A stretch of 64,000 bases of DNA, taken from positions 39,992,001 to 40,056,000 of the forward strand of contig NC_087245.1 in NCBI RefSeq assembly GCF_037042905.1, read 5' to 3'. Numbering within the stretch: the stretch's first letter is position 1; every line of letters starts with the position of its first letter. Under the pieces are notes generated by a model. The model was given only the letters and a program-made list of their open reading frames with translations, did not search any database and was not told the DNA's origin. This document shows positions 51,283 through 64,000 of this stretch, piece by piece. This DNA comes from Lytechinus pictus (Eukaryota). A program made the translations under genes and the position numbers.

Positions 51283-54267
51283 AGGTTGGCTTTATCAAGG
51301 ATACATGGTTTATTCTTGTGATTTCTTTACTTTAATATGAACTTGTCAGCTGTAATTGAACACCTTGCTTGCATCACAATTGTCAAGGATCAAAGAGTAA
51401 TGTTCCTTCCAAGGTGAAGGGTACACACCTACTTTTTCCAAGTTTTGGTTTGAAAAGTATGAAACTAATTTGTAGGTAGTTTTTTTTTTTTGGGGGGGGG
51501 GTGGGTCCCTCCATTTCAATAAAATGTTATCCCCTCAGCTATTTTTTTTTTGCGATTGAATGTAATGTTGTAATGAAATGTTTGGCTTCCCATGATTTCA
51601 GCACAGAGTTAATTAGACCATGGTCTAAGTTAACTCCAACTTCAGAATATGGGCCCCATGCAGTGTCTAGCTGCAATCTATCTCTTTTGAGCACATCCTT
51701 GCCTACATTCATGTCATTGAATATGAGGTGCATCGATTGTTACATCATCATCCAGCAGGGTATTGCCCTGCTGCAATGTCAGGCATGCATAACCCCATGC
51801 TCTTTTGAATGATTAAAACTGTTTCATTGTCATGTATGTCCAGCTGCAATGTCAGGAGAGCACAGACCAGCAACATTCTTCTTGAAGAATCACATTGTTT
51901 TGCTCCATTTCAGGAAACGGCCTATTGCTCTGGAAGCAAGGTTGAGTACAGAGTACATGTACAGAGGCCTGTTGCAGAAAGAGTTGTGTTTAAACGCAAG
52001 TCAAAATATCAAGCCCAAGTCCGAATACGGGTGCTTCATTGGCTGAAAATCAAGTGGCACAAGATATTTTGAGTAATGTTTGATCGCAACTCTTACTGCA
52101 ATGTGCCCAGGATCACATAGTAATTATTTAAATTGGACAAATGCTGACTTACATGCAACAGCAAATGATAACCGGTCATGGTGCATTTTTACAATGAGGA
52201 AAAGATATTTGTGGACCGTGGTGACAACTTAACACTTTACTGTGTAATGGTAGCATAATGAATACAGAGGAAGCATTCCGTTTGCAGTTCCCATCCAGAA
52301 AGACTACCTGGGCAAATGTACGGAAATGCCAATGATACAGGACAAGCCTTCCACAGAAATGAGGGTGATGCCCTAAAAGAAATGAGGCGCAGGAACCAAC
52401 TAGAGGCCCGGCCCGTCCAAGGACCACAACTGCACACCGTAATGTTTCATTAGGGACAAGGCCAAAAACTTTCCATCGTACTACACGATTGCATCTCAAC
52501 ATGTATCCTTACAAAGTGCACGAGTGTCATCAACTGCTGGAAATTGCTTATAGGAGGAGGCTCAGCTTTTCGAGACTGCACTTGGGCAGGATCGAGGGTA
52601 ACACCAACTTCTGTGAAAACTTGTTGGCGACCAAGCCATGTATTTACACAATGTAGCATGGAGAGGAGAAGGATCACCTACATGTACAATTTTGTGGAGT
52701 ACCCACCTGCAGGACATCCACGGAGTTCAATTAAGATGTAAACATGGCAGACAAAACTTTAACTATAGACTGGCCAGTGCGGAAGTAGACAAATAATTGG
52801 GCCATTCTTCTTTAACAGAAGTATGAATGGTGGCATGTACTATGACATCATTGTGTCACAGATGGCAGAAAACTGTTAAAAAAAAGAAAAAAAAAGAAAA
52901 GACAGGATCGAGGAATGTTCCGGCACCTTTGGTGGGTAAAGGATAGTGCTCCAGCTCACTATCTTCAAGCTGTCCGTGAGAAGCTGGTAGAGCTAATTGG
53001 CCAATGCTTTGACCTCAACCTTTGACTATGCATGACCTGACCGCAAACCTGAGGTGGAATGGCCTGCTAGATCTCTGGGCTTGACACCCTGTAACTTTTT
53101 TCCTCTGGGGATATTGAAAGAGCAAGACGTACACATCCCCACCAAGAAATCTGGATGACTTCAAGGCCCCTTTTCGCCGGCTTGAGATCGATGTTCTGTC
53201 ATGATCCCGCAATGAAGAGAAGTGCAAGACATACAGTGTACAGTATAGTTCATAGCTTAGTGTCTGCAGGGGAGATGGACACGTCGAAGGTGTTGGTGCA
53301 TGAAAGGCAACGGCTGTCATACGTGAATTACAGTTACTCGCAAAAAGTCAACTAGTTGGAGATTGAGTCTGCATGTATGTATATATATTTATATATATAT
53401 ATATATATACAGTGCGTCCCACAAAAAACGAAACCGAGATTTAGCGATAATTTATCATAACTTAATCATAAATAAAATAGACAAATTACCTACCAATGCA
53501 AAGCTTAGAATCTACTCTTTCATCTGAAATTATTTAGATTATTCCTCATTCACGCATGAGTGAGCAAAAACAATTTGAAGAAAGGATATCAAAAACTCAT
53601 TTAGCGGGGGGTATCTGAATTTCAAAAAGAAAACCACATGGCTAAAAAGTTCAATATCTGCTCTTTTATTTGATACCTTAATCACAGAAAATGGTCAAGA
53701 AGTAAAAAAGTTCTGTTCCCTCGAAACAATGCTTGTATTTCCATAATTTCATTAAATAAACGTGTTTTCATCACACTATATATATAAATGTGTAACATTA
53801 TACATGTACAACAGCTTTGGCAACTCTTTTATTTAAATATTTTGTGAAAGAAATGGATGGGGAACCTTGATTTAAGCTACGCCTACCATTGTTCTCTTCA
53901 TCAATTTCTTTCACAATATACATATATACATTGTATATATATATATATACAGGCGGGAGTCTACAGAAGACATGCTATAGTGAAATAATTCAGTCTAAAA
54001 CAAGTTGAGAGGCGAGAGAATTTCATTGAAACTTGGTGTGAAAAACAAACAAATAATGAAGACATAAACTTACCAAAAAAGTTACTTTCATACTTTACAA
54101 AACTAAAACTATGGAAAAGTAGGTTTTTTACCCTTTACCTTCGAATGGATCCTTAACTCTGTGACCTTGACAGTGATGATGCAAGCAAGGTGTCAAATTA
54201 AAGCTGATGAGTTGCTTCATAATGTAATAAACATTTAACAAGAATAAACCATCTTGATATGGCTGTA
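51283..54267 (+). mobile_element. Decayed Tc1/mariner-superfamily transposon with long diverged TIRs
   Basis: ~51288-51460 is the inverted counterpart of ~54100-54265 (ATGGTTTATTCTTGT..ACACCTTGCTTGCATCA..CCTACTTTT); encloses a transposase remnant. Confidence 0.65.
52230..53300 (+). pseudogene. Fragmented transposase of the Tc1/mariner superfamily (maT/DUF4817-like)
   Basis: Colinear motifs across frameshifts: TEEAFRLQFP, LHLNMYPYKV..HQL..RRRLSF, IIGPFFF..NG..Y, WVKDSAPAH (~FQQDGAPAH), WPARSLGLTPCNFF/LWG (~WPPRSPDLTPCDFFLWG). Confidence 0.8.
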
Positions 54268-55642
54268 CATATATATATATATATGCATACATCCTACGTA
54301 AGGGCGAAGTATATGAATGGGTTTATTCCGTCAAAATACACATATAGACGTAAAGACGAAGGTAGAGGGCGTTAAGGCGCATTACGAACATTGAAAGAAG
54401 ACAAAAAAATTCGCCTCAAACACAGATGTAGAGAAATATGTATATATATATATATATATATATGTGTGAAGAGTAGAGTAGAATCAAGGATGAAGCAAAG
54501 TATACACTACATGTATGTTGTAAAGCTTTCGGCCCTGGTCTTCTTCAGTTTTTTTATTTGCTAAACAAAACAAATAAAGCAAATCATAGAATAAACAACA
54601 GAACAAACATAATGATAAATAATAGCAAATTAAAGCAAAACCAAAACAAAACAATAAGAGAAATCTTATGGTAATTACACAGAATAACAAAGGATCATAC
54701 TCAACAGAAATAAAAAATTAAGTGAAATAGTACCTGACATGGGTCATAGCAAATTCTTCTGAATTAGGGTTGTGTTGTGTACTGTGCGTGTGTTACTTAT
54801 AAAGTAAAACGTATTAAAAGCGAAGAGGGCGTACTCAGAAAAATGTGTGCATTTGAGCAGAACTAATGAACAATACAAGGTGGAAAGGAGTGTCTTAACG
54901 TGGGACATGTAGGATATAAGGTAAAAATATATATTACTCTTTATTCATATTTCGATATATTTACAATTAACAATGATCAAAGCGATTGGTACATATATTC
55001 ACAACTCTCTCGTTATATATATATATACATGCAGTTTCTCAAAAAAAGTAATGTCAAAGTTCAAGCCATATAAAAAAAAATAAAAAATAAAACATCCATG
55101 ATTTTAAACAATTATGAATAGTAATTTGATTCATATAGTACAATTTAATTTAACGAATATATAGCTAATACAGTGTATGTATAATTATCACAACATGATT
55201 TGTTTAAATAACAAGGGTATTTTAAAGATGTATTTTACATTGTGTAGAAAAATAGTTGATCTTTGTGAACTTTCATACATAGAGATGTTTGAAGACAAAC
55301 TGCAAATATAGGGAAAATGGTGCAAAATGTCATGCTGCTTTTTTTCCAATTAGTCCTGAGTAATATCTAAATCACATGTTTTTTCAGGGTTTTCCAGCTA
55401 TTAAAGAAATATCAGGTCTAATCAAATATAAATGAAAGCTGCAAGAAAAATGAACATATTTTTTTTGTGCCATATAAGTTTCTTTCCATGATATTTAAGA
55501 AAAATATGGAGACAAAATTATCTGTCCATTGCACAGCTAAAACTATTAGGCTGACAATTTGAATATCATCCCATTCATGCTTATCTGTGTGCAGTTCATT
55601 TTAACTTTATCAACCATTTGCAATCTCAAACAATACCCTTTC

Positions 55643-56972
55643 ATCAATATCTCTTATCAATTGATGTATTCAAATGCGTGTGATTAATAAAACACCATTC
55701 ATATGCAGTATATACATTATAATGCAGATCATTATTCCTTATCCCATGCAGTTCCTTTACTGTAGCATGCAAAAGAGCATTTCATAAACATAATAAGAAT
55801 AATGGGGATTTTTTTTTAAAGGATTTGTAACGCCACTTTGAGATTCATGATCAGTAAAATACATTATTATTCATTCTTTAAATATATTCAGAGGATTAAA
55901 ACTTGGAAATGTTGTAAATTGTTCACATAGAATTTTCGGTATTTCGTATAAAATAATTTGCTATTGCAACATTTATCAATATCTCTTATCAACTGATGTA
56001 TTCAAATGCGTGTGATTAATAAAACACCATTCATATGCAGTATATACATTATAATGCAGTTCATTATTCCTTATCCCATGCAGTTCCTTTACTGTAGCAT
56101 GCAAAAGAGCATTCCATAAACATAATAAGAATAATGGGGATTTTTTTTTAAAGGATTTGTAACGCCACTTTGAGATTCATGATCAGTAAAATACATTATT
56201 ATTCATTCTTTAAATATATTCAGAGGATTAAAACTTGGAAATGTTGTAAATTGTTCACATAGAATTTTCGGTATTTCGTATAAAATAATTTGCTATTGCA
56301 ACATTTATCAATATCTCTTATCAACTGATGTATTCAAATGCGTGTGATTAATAAAACACCATTCATATGCAGTATATACATTATAATGCAGTTCATTATT
56401 CCTTATCCCATGCAGTTCCTTTACTGTAGCATGCAAAAGAGCATTCCATAAACATAATAAGAATAATGGGGATTTTTTTTTAAAGGATTTGTAACGCCAC
56501 TTTGAGATTCATGATCAGTAAAATACATTATTATTCATTCTTTAAATATATTCAGAGGATTAAAACTTGGAAATGTTGTAAATTGTTCACATAGAATTTT
56601 CGGTATTTCGTATAAAATAATTTGCTATTGCAACATTTATCAATATCTCTTATCAACTGATGTATTCAAATGCGTGTGATTAATAAAACACCATTCATAT
56701 GCAGTATATACATTATAATGCAGTTCATTATTCCTTATCCCATGCAGTTCCTTCACTGTAGCATGCAAAAGAGCATTCCATAAACATAATAAGAATAATG
56801 TGGATTTTTTTTTTTTAAAGGATTTATAACGCCACTTGATATTCATGATCAGTAAAATACATTATTATTCATTCTTAAAATAAATTCAGAGGATTAAAAC
56901 TTGGAAATGTTGTAAATTGTTCACATAGAATTTTCGGTATTTGGTATAAAATAGTTTGCTATTGCAACATTT
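55643..56972. repeat. Tandem repeat, 4 x 332 bp, near-identical
   Basis: ATCAATATCTCTTATCAA at 55643, 55975, 56307 and 56639. Confidence 0.95.
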
Positions 56973-57157
56973 AAAAAACATTAATTTACTACAGAATATG
57001 CAAGCTTGGAATGAAATACACATAGTGTAGATTCTTGATATATCATTAGATTTGTCTATCATATGTGCACAGAAAATAAAAAGGCAATATCACCTTACAA
57101 TTACGTGATCTACACAGGACATTATGAATGTATTTTACGCAGGGGAGTATACAATAC

Positions 57158-57580
57158 CAGAGCTGCCAAGTTGTATTTTGCATTTTCAGTATTCTTATCC
57201 CCCAAAATCAGTATTTTGACAAAAGAATCAGTATTTTTACCGTGTGAGATAAATATTTTGTATTTTCCCCCAAAAAAGTGTATTTCATAATAAAATGCTT
57301 GGCGCACGTGCATATCTCACCCTGGTTTTTACAAAATGATTGAAAAAAAAACAAGTTACCTGAAATTACATTGATCTAATAACCATATTTGTGTACGTTT
57401 TATGAAATAGAGACATATAGAGATGATTTTTCTCAATAAATTACGATTTTGTAAAAAAAAAATTATTATTATTATTTTTTTTTACAAAAAACATTTTTTT
57501 TAAACAAAAAAAACGTCCTGCCGTATTTTGGTTGAAAAAACGTACTAAATACGGCTAAAACGTACTGGCTGGCAGGTCTG
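57158..57580. mobile_element. hAT-like MITE with a 6-bp TSD
   Basis: CAGAGCTGCCA / TGGCAGGTCTG termini; CAATAC on both sides; subterminal CGTA/GTATTT motifs. Confidence 0.7.
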
Positions 57581-57587
57581 CAATACC

Positions 57588-58062
57588 CCCGGGGGGGCAC
57601 TCAAATTATATTTTGATGGGGGTGTGCCTCACGAAACCCTGAAATGGGGGTCTAAGAAACTGACTACAAGCATAAAACATGGGGTCTCTGGAACTAAATA
57701 TATACCAGGCGGTGTGAAAAACAGGGTCTACGGAACGGGATCGCAGTACCGTAGGTACAAGTGCTCTGCATGTATATGTGGGCACTATCAGTGCATGGAG
57801 CTGCTAGCGGCTACTTAATAAGGGGGAGTTGTGAAGCCGTGCGTGCAGCTCTTGCATGCGGTGCTCGCGCTGGACAATTCTGGCAGGGCTGGGGACCCCG
57901 CACGTAACGGGGTCTGGCGAGAGGGGCGGGGCGGCTTCTGAACGAAACTTTTGTCATTCAGAGTATCTGGGGAACTGAAAATTAGGTCTGAAAAAGGGGG
58001 TCATCAAAGCGGCACGTCCCCGTACCATCAATATATATGAGTTCCCCCCCCCCCCCCCCGGG
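57588..58062. mobile_element. MITE family A copy, inverted relative to 1970
   Basis: CCCGGG termini; interior is the reverse-complement homolog of 1970-2442; TSD ACAATACC. Confidence 0.87.
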
Positions 58063-58294
58063 ACAATACCTATTGACCAATTAAAAGAAGTTTCTGTCTA
58101 AAAAGGTGCAGACAGAATATCAAAAGTCTACGCTAAAACAATAAATTGATATTTAAAAAGTATCATAAATATATCTTCTTCACATATATACTGACCTCTG
58201 GGAATCGGGAAGGATTACAAGGAAAAAAAGGATGCTAGTGAAATAAGATACTGAAATTTACTAACAATCATGCAACAAGCGCTTAACTCTTACT

Positions 58295-58540
58295 TTATCA
58301 GAAGTCTCTAAGCACTCTACGGTAATGCAGCATAATAACCCTGGCTTTAGCAGAGCAGCTGTTCTGCGCTCTGCATTTCAAGGATTGAATTCCTACCAGG
58401 TACCCATTCACCCCCACCAGGGTTGAGTGCAGCACAATGTGGGTAAATTTCTTGCTGAAGTAAAACATGCTATGGCTCAGAATCGAACCCACGTCCCTCT
58501 GGTTGAAAGACAAGAGTCATAACCACAAGACCATGATGCT
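58295..58540 (-). mobile_element. tRNA-derived SINE, diverged
   Basis: Homologous to 32511-32768; B-box-like GGTTCGATTC on the minus strand. Confidence 0.7.
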
Positions 58541-59364
58541 TATCCAATGTAGCAGATTTAGGCAGTAGTTGGTGAAAAGCAGCCCCGAATATGAAAATTT
58601 AAATTTTTTGCCTACCCTGGATGATTTAGCATGTGTATTGGCATGTACAAATGGCAAGCCATTTTATTTATTTATCATGTTTATTTTTATTTACTTATTA
58701 TTCATTCGGCACTTCAAAATACAATAAAAAAATCATTACATAAAATTGAATAGAATAGAATATATATATATATGTCATTCAATCATTTAGTCCTACTTTT
58801 TGATTCCAAGAATTCATTTTGTGCTTTTAACAAATGGCAGTTCTTAATATCAAAAATTTATTTCTTCGTACCAAGAAATAGGACTACCGGTAAATGGTAA
58901 AATGGCATTCCATACATGCATCAACATGCACTGTCTAAATCGTTCAGGTGTATCAGCCCTTTGGGGAGGTCATCTTACATCACGTATCTCACAATGAAGT
59001 AGTGGAAACATTGATTTCAAATTGCAAATGAAGGCGGCAAATCCATGCAGGGATTTGAATATAAAGTAAAATCATGCACGAGGCTTGTCGGCAAGCAGGT
59101 TATCAGGGAATGTTGCTTTAAAAATATCGTACAACGCGGAGTTAGCTTGTTGTACACAAGCAAATGGGAGGATGAATGTGCGAACGTTCGTACCGCTGCA
59201 TACCTACCATCCAAAATTTCCAACTGCACGGCTTAGGTGACGACACAATACAATTCAGGGAATACTTTTCGCAATTTGCTCCACATTTTTGAAAGATTGC
59301 TAGGAATTAATTATTTTGTATAGCATATTTTTACATAGGACTGTACATTACTTAGTTGAGAGCT

Positions 59365-60742
59365 TTTCTCTTATGACCAAAAATGCTATTCAAATTTGTA
59401 AAGCAATATTATTCCCTGCAATTTAATTAATTGCGCTTTAATAGTAAGTAGATGCAGGTGCAATACACACCGGGCCTACTGGTTAAATACGCACTGCTGC
59501 TGCAGATATGCCCAATTGAGTGATTTTACTTTTTTCCTTTTGTATTCTTTCCTCATTTTCATAGATTAGCGTAGGAAACAATTGATCATTGTTTGGATTT
59601 TCGCTAACTTCCAAGACGTTGTACAACAAGAGAAGCGAATATTCAGTGAAAGAAGGTGACACTCTATTCAACTCGTTGAATAAAGCATGTTTCTTTCACC
59701 TCATGCGAAATCTCACACCATCCCACTCACGCCTATTTGCTATTTGTATGCCATTACATTATAACAATACCATTACATTATAATAACCTTTCCATCCAAT
59801 GGTATACAAATAGCCAATAGGCTATTTCTCTTATGACCAAAAATGCTATTCAAATTTGTAAAGCAATATTATTCCCTGCAATTTAATTAATTGCGCTTTA
59901 ATAGTAAGTAGATGCAGGTGCAACACACACCGGGCCTACTGGTTAAATACGCACTGCTGCTGCAGATATGCCCAATTGAGTGATTTTCCTTTTTTCCTTT
60001 TGTATTCTTTCCTCATTTTCATAGATTAGCGTAGGAAACAATTGATCATTGTTTGGATTTTCGCTAACTTCCAAGACGTTGTACAACAAGAGAAGCGAAT
60101 ATTCAGTGAAAGAAGGTGACACTCTATTCAACTCGTTGAATAAAGCATGTTTCTTTCACCTCATGCGAAATCTCACACCATCCCACTCACGCCTATTTGC
60201 TATTTGTATGCCATTACATTATAACAATACCATTACATTATAATAACCTTTCCATCCAATGGTATACAAATAGCCAATAGGCTATTTCTCTTATGACCAA
60301 AAATGCTATTCAAATTTGTAAAGCAATATTATTCCCTGCAATTTAATTAATTGCGCTTTAATAGTAAGTAGATGCAGGTGCAACACACACCGGGCCTACT
60401 GGTTAAATACGCACTGCTGCTGCAGATATGCCCAATTGAGTGATTTTCCTTTTTTCCTTTTGTATTCTTTCCTCATTTTCATAGATTAGCGTAGGAAACA
60501 ATTGATCATTGTTTGGATTTTCGCTAACTTCCAAGACGTTGTACAACAAGAGAAGCGAATATTCAGTGAAAGAAGGTGACACTCTATTCAACTCGTTGAA
60601 TAAAGCATGTTTCTTTCACCTCTTGCGAAATCTCACACCATCCCACTCACGCCTATTTGCTAGTTGTATACCATTACAATATAACAATACCATTACACTA
60701 TAATAACCTTTCCATCCAATGGTATACAAATAGCGAATAGGC
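59365..60742. repeat. Tandem repeat, 3 x 460 bp, near-identical
   Basis: TTTCTCTTATGACC at 59365, 59825 and 60285; the same spurious ORFs recur every 460 bp. Confidence 0.95.
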
Positions 60743-61033
60743 ATGGTTGTGATGGTACGAGATTTCCCATGAGGTGAGAGAAGGATGAGCCGAGTTGAAC
60801 AGAATGCCTCTTTCTTTCACCGAATGCAAAATGTCGCACCATTGCACAAATAAGAATATTCACCATATTGTGTTGTAAAATGCCTCAGGAATTGGCAAAA
60901 ATAAGAATAATAATCAATTTTTTTTCCTATGTTCATCCATAAAAATGAGAAAGAAATATTGAAAAGAAAACGCAAAATCCCTAAGATGTGCATCTGATCT
61001 GCAGAAGCGGTGCGTATTTAGCCAGTCAAGCCC
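60392..61033. mobile_element. Long-TIR fold-back element whose left arm is included in the 460-bp triplication
   Basis: CTGGTTAAATACGCACTGCT..GCCTATTTGCTA.TTGTATACCATT is mirrored by AATGGTATACAAATAGCGAATAGGC..GCGGTGCGTATTTAGCCAG. Confidence 0.7.
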
Positions 61034-62047
61034 TACGCGTATTGCACCCGCATTTATACTAAGCACAATGAAGTGAATCGTACTTATTGACATCAAGACC
61101 GTGCGTGCACTGGAACATTTTGGATGGTACGTGTGCAACGGTACATATGTTTGTAGCTAAGTAGGGGTTGTACAATAACCGCTATGGTACAAGGGGTCAG
61201 CAGCCAAGCACAATTTAAGATTTTAAGGAGGATACTATTTGGATAGCAAAGTTACTGTGATAGTAACTTAAATAAATGGATCCTGGTGGGTGTTTCATAA
61301 AGCTGTTCGTAAGATAAGAGCGACTTTAATCATGATCCTTTCATTTGGTAAATGGTATACACCATTTGTGATTATTCAGCGCGTAAGAAAGGCTCTCCAG
61401 TCGTTCTTAAAGTCGCTCTTAACGTATGGACAGCTTTATGAAACGGCCCCGGGCCATTTTGTTTTTTTAATGCAGTGCTTTGAAACAAAGTCTACTTTGT
61501 TAAGTCAACTATGTACCTATGGTCACTCTGTGACTTTTGCATCAATCCTCTGGAAGTAATAAAAGGGGGGGAAAACAGTTACACGTCGGTTAACTTTGTA
61601 ATAAAAAAATAAGATAAGACGTTGCATAAGTTTAATACGAAAGACTTATTGTCTAAAAATGATGGTATAAACGATTCCAAAATTCAACGGGAGGGCAATT
61701 AAGCAATGACCTCTGCTACTTAAAAATTTAAGCTTAAGGCCTTGGTTAATTTTTCTACAGTGGATGATATTGAAAGCATGCACCATGTCAGCTGTCCGAT
61801 TACTGTAAAACCGGTAATTCTCGCACAACATTTATTTTCGCGCAGCTCACAGCAAGCGCGAATTTAACATCACCGCCAATTTAAAATCCTACGCCCTGAT
61901 TTTACACCTTGTCAACAACGTGCTATTTTTAGGCAGTCCGACTCGCGAACGCGTCAATGGGGATTCCCTTTGCCTTATTAGGCAGTGACCTCCGACCCGC
62001 TTGAAACAAAGGGGTGATAGCGAAACCCGTCACTGTCACTGCATTTC

Positions 62048-62198
62048 TGGGGAGCGTTTCATGAAGGGACTTTGTCCGACAAGTTCTGTTTTATCCGACA
62101 ATTACCATACTAACAGTACCTCTCAGCCAATCAGATTTAAGGAAAGATGTCAGATCTGACAACTTGTCGGACAAAAATGTTGATGAAACGCTCCCCTG
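62048..62198. mobile_element. Short Harbinger-like MITE inside the pogo element's 5' region
   Basis: GGGGAGCGTTTCAT / ATGAAACGCTCCCC termini with an internal CAGCCAATCAG; relatives at ~18224-18357 and ~25770-25912. Confidence 0.7.
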
Positions 62199-62270
62199 AA
62201 TTCCAAGCTTCACAGTTTTAGTGCAGCACAACTTCAATTTCGTGTTTTCGTAGGAATGAAGGAAACCAAG

Positions 62271-63809
62271 ATGTATTGCTATTTCAAACCTGCTGGTAAA
62301 TCTGACAGTTTGCAGCAGTGTCTACCAAAGCCTGACAACAAAAAGCTGACTGAATCAGGGATTAAAAGCGCAATCAAAAGCAAAAGCGGGGTGAATATTC
62401 CAACTACAATGCTGGGATTAGGGCTCAAGTTGGAAAGTATGCAGCAGATAATGGTGTTATCGCAGCTTCTGAAAAAATCACAAAGGAGTTGGAGAGACCA
62501 ATAAATGGAAGTACTGTGAGAGGTATGAAAAAGTGAAAGGATCTGCACCGGTGAAAACTGTGACACATCTTCTGAAACAACAGCGGGGCCGACCGCTATT
62601 GCTTACGCAAGAGGCTAATCAACAGGTGAAGCGATTTATCCGGAGTATTCGTGAAACTGGAGGTGTTGTTTCGACCAGGGTTGTGATTGCTACAGCGAAA
62701 GGCTTGTTTAAGAAATCCAATCCTCCTATATTAGCAGAATATTTAAACTTGAGAAATCGTGGTCTCGCAGCATTCTTCAGCGTATGAACTATGTCAAAAG
62801 AAAAGGAACAAAATCCGCCAGAAGATTTCGATATCATCGAAGGCAAATTTCATCGCCGTATTGGACGCTGTGTCCGAAAATACGAAATCCTGAACGAGTT
62901 GATAATAAACTGGGACCAAACTGCAGTCGAAGTTGTACCTAGTAGAAACTGGTCACTCAACCAACGGGGTGAGAAACAAATCGATGTGAAAGGCATCGAC
63001 GACAAACGTCAGTATACTGCGCTGCTCGCCTGGACCACATCGGGAAAAATGCTACCACCTCAGATCATCTGCCAAGGTACAACTGACAGATGTCACCCAA
63101 ATATCGCCTTTCCAGAGGACTGGGATGTTACACATACGGCTTCACATTGGAGCAATTCTGAGACTATGGGATAATATTTAGACAAGATAATAATTTCATA
63201 AGAGAAGCATACCCAGGAGCAGCTTAACATCACAGCAAAACCACTGCTGATATTTGACGTCTTCCCTGCTCACAGAACTGATGACATGCGCAAGAAGATT
63301 GAAGAATCAGGTGCATTGTCCGTGTACGTCCCCGCTAAATGCACAGATCAGTTGCAGCCACTTGACGCGACAGTCAACGGCAAGTACAAGGACCTGATGC
63401 ATGGTCAATTTCAAGAGTGGTACTACCAGAAAATTACCAGTGGTCTTGAAGAAGGCAAAGAAATCAAAGAGATGGCAAAATCTGTGGATCTACGCGACAG
63501 TCAAACGGCAAGTACAAGGACCTAATGCATGGTCAATGTCAAGAGTGGTACTACCAGAAAATTACCAGTGGTCTTGAAGAAGGCAAATAAATCGAGGAGA
63601 TCGAAAAATATGTGGATCTATGCACCAGCAAGATCAAGCCGGTACATGCGCAGCGGCTGATTCGAGTTCAAGATGCTATCAATCATGAAACCGAGCTCAT
63701 CAAACAGGGATTTAATAAAACTGGAATAGCGAAAGCTGTCGAGAATGCAAGGAAAGAGCCAGTTCCAGCATTTGACGACAGTGATGCTGAGGATGGTGAT
63801 TGGGAGTAA
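62271..63809 (+). pseudogene. pogo/Tigger-family transposase pseudogene (CENP-B-type HTH + DDE_1)
   Basis: RGRPLLL; IINWDQT, LLIFDVFPAH and PAKCTDQLQPLD give a DD35D triad; frameshifts, stops at 63172 and 63198, and a 127-bp internal duplication; probable left end TA|CTGTAAAACCGG at ~61803. Confidence 0.88.
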
Positions 63810-64000
63810 ACTAAACTCATGAACAAGCTTTGTAAAAATGTTGAATTCATGATCTAACTTTCTGTAAACTTGTTTACTTCTTGCACCATTTATTATTGTT
63901 ATTGTTGTTGTTGTTGTTATTATTATTATCATTATTATTCTTATCATTATCATCATCATCATCATCGGACACATGTGACTTTGTAAATAGGTTGAACTTC

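Noticed and set aside
59483..60703. Triplicated small ORF pairs suggesting a gene cluster
   Set aside because: They recur only because of the 460-bp tandem repeat within a fold-back element; no coding signature
62256..63809. Domesticated pogo-derived host gene
   Set aside because: Multiple frameshifts, stops and an internal duplication

Overview
This is eukaryotic, intron-rich, AT-rich animal DNA, not prokaryotic. The repeat landscape suggests a marine invertebrate such as a sea urchin (inference only). Two host genes lie head-to-head. (1) A minus-strand gene with one coding exon resembles MACIR/C5orf30 (875-1552). (2) A plus-strand PHF20/PHF20L1 (Drosophila MBD-R2)-family chromatin reader has 18 coding exons (16911-43892). 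I assembled these by hand with GT-AG junctions and consistent phases into a 7746-nt CDS (2581 aa): 2 Tudor domains, AT-hook-like GRP repeats, a C2H2 finger, a PHD finger and large low-complexity expansions. The rest is packed with non-autonomous DNA transposons (several with recognisable target-site duplications, TSDs), Helentron/HINE-like elements, tRNA-derived SINEs, a 5'-truncated LINE, two decayed Tc1/mariner-pogo transposases, and tandem and microsatellite repeats. No CRISPR array, rRNA or genuine tRNA was found. The most unusual structures lie between the divergent genes: a ~1.2 kb array of alternating-orientation palindromic motifs inside a terminal-inverted-repeat (TIR) element, and an inverted duplicated cassette ending in splice-donor-like sites that point toward each gene. 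Coordinates were read by eye and may be off by a few bases. Family names come from remembered motifs, not database searches.
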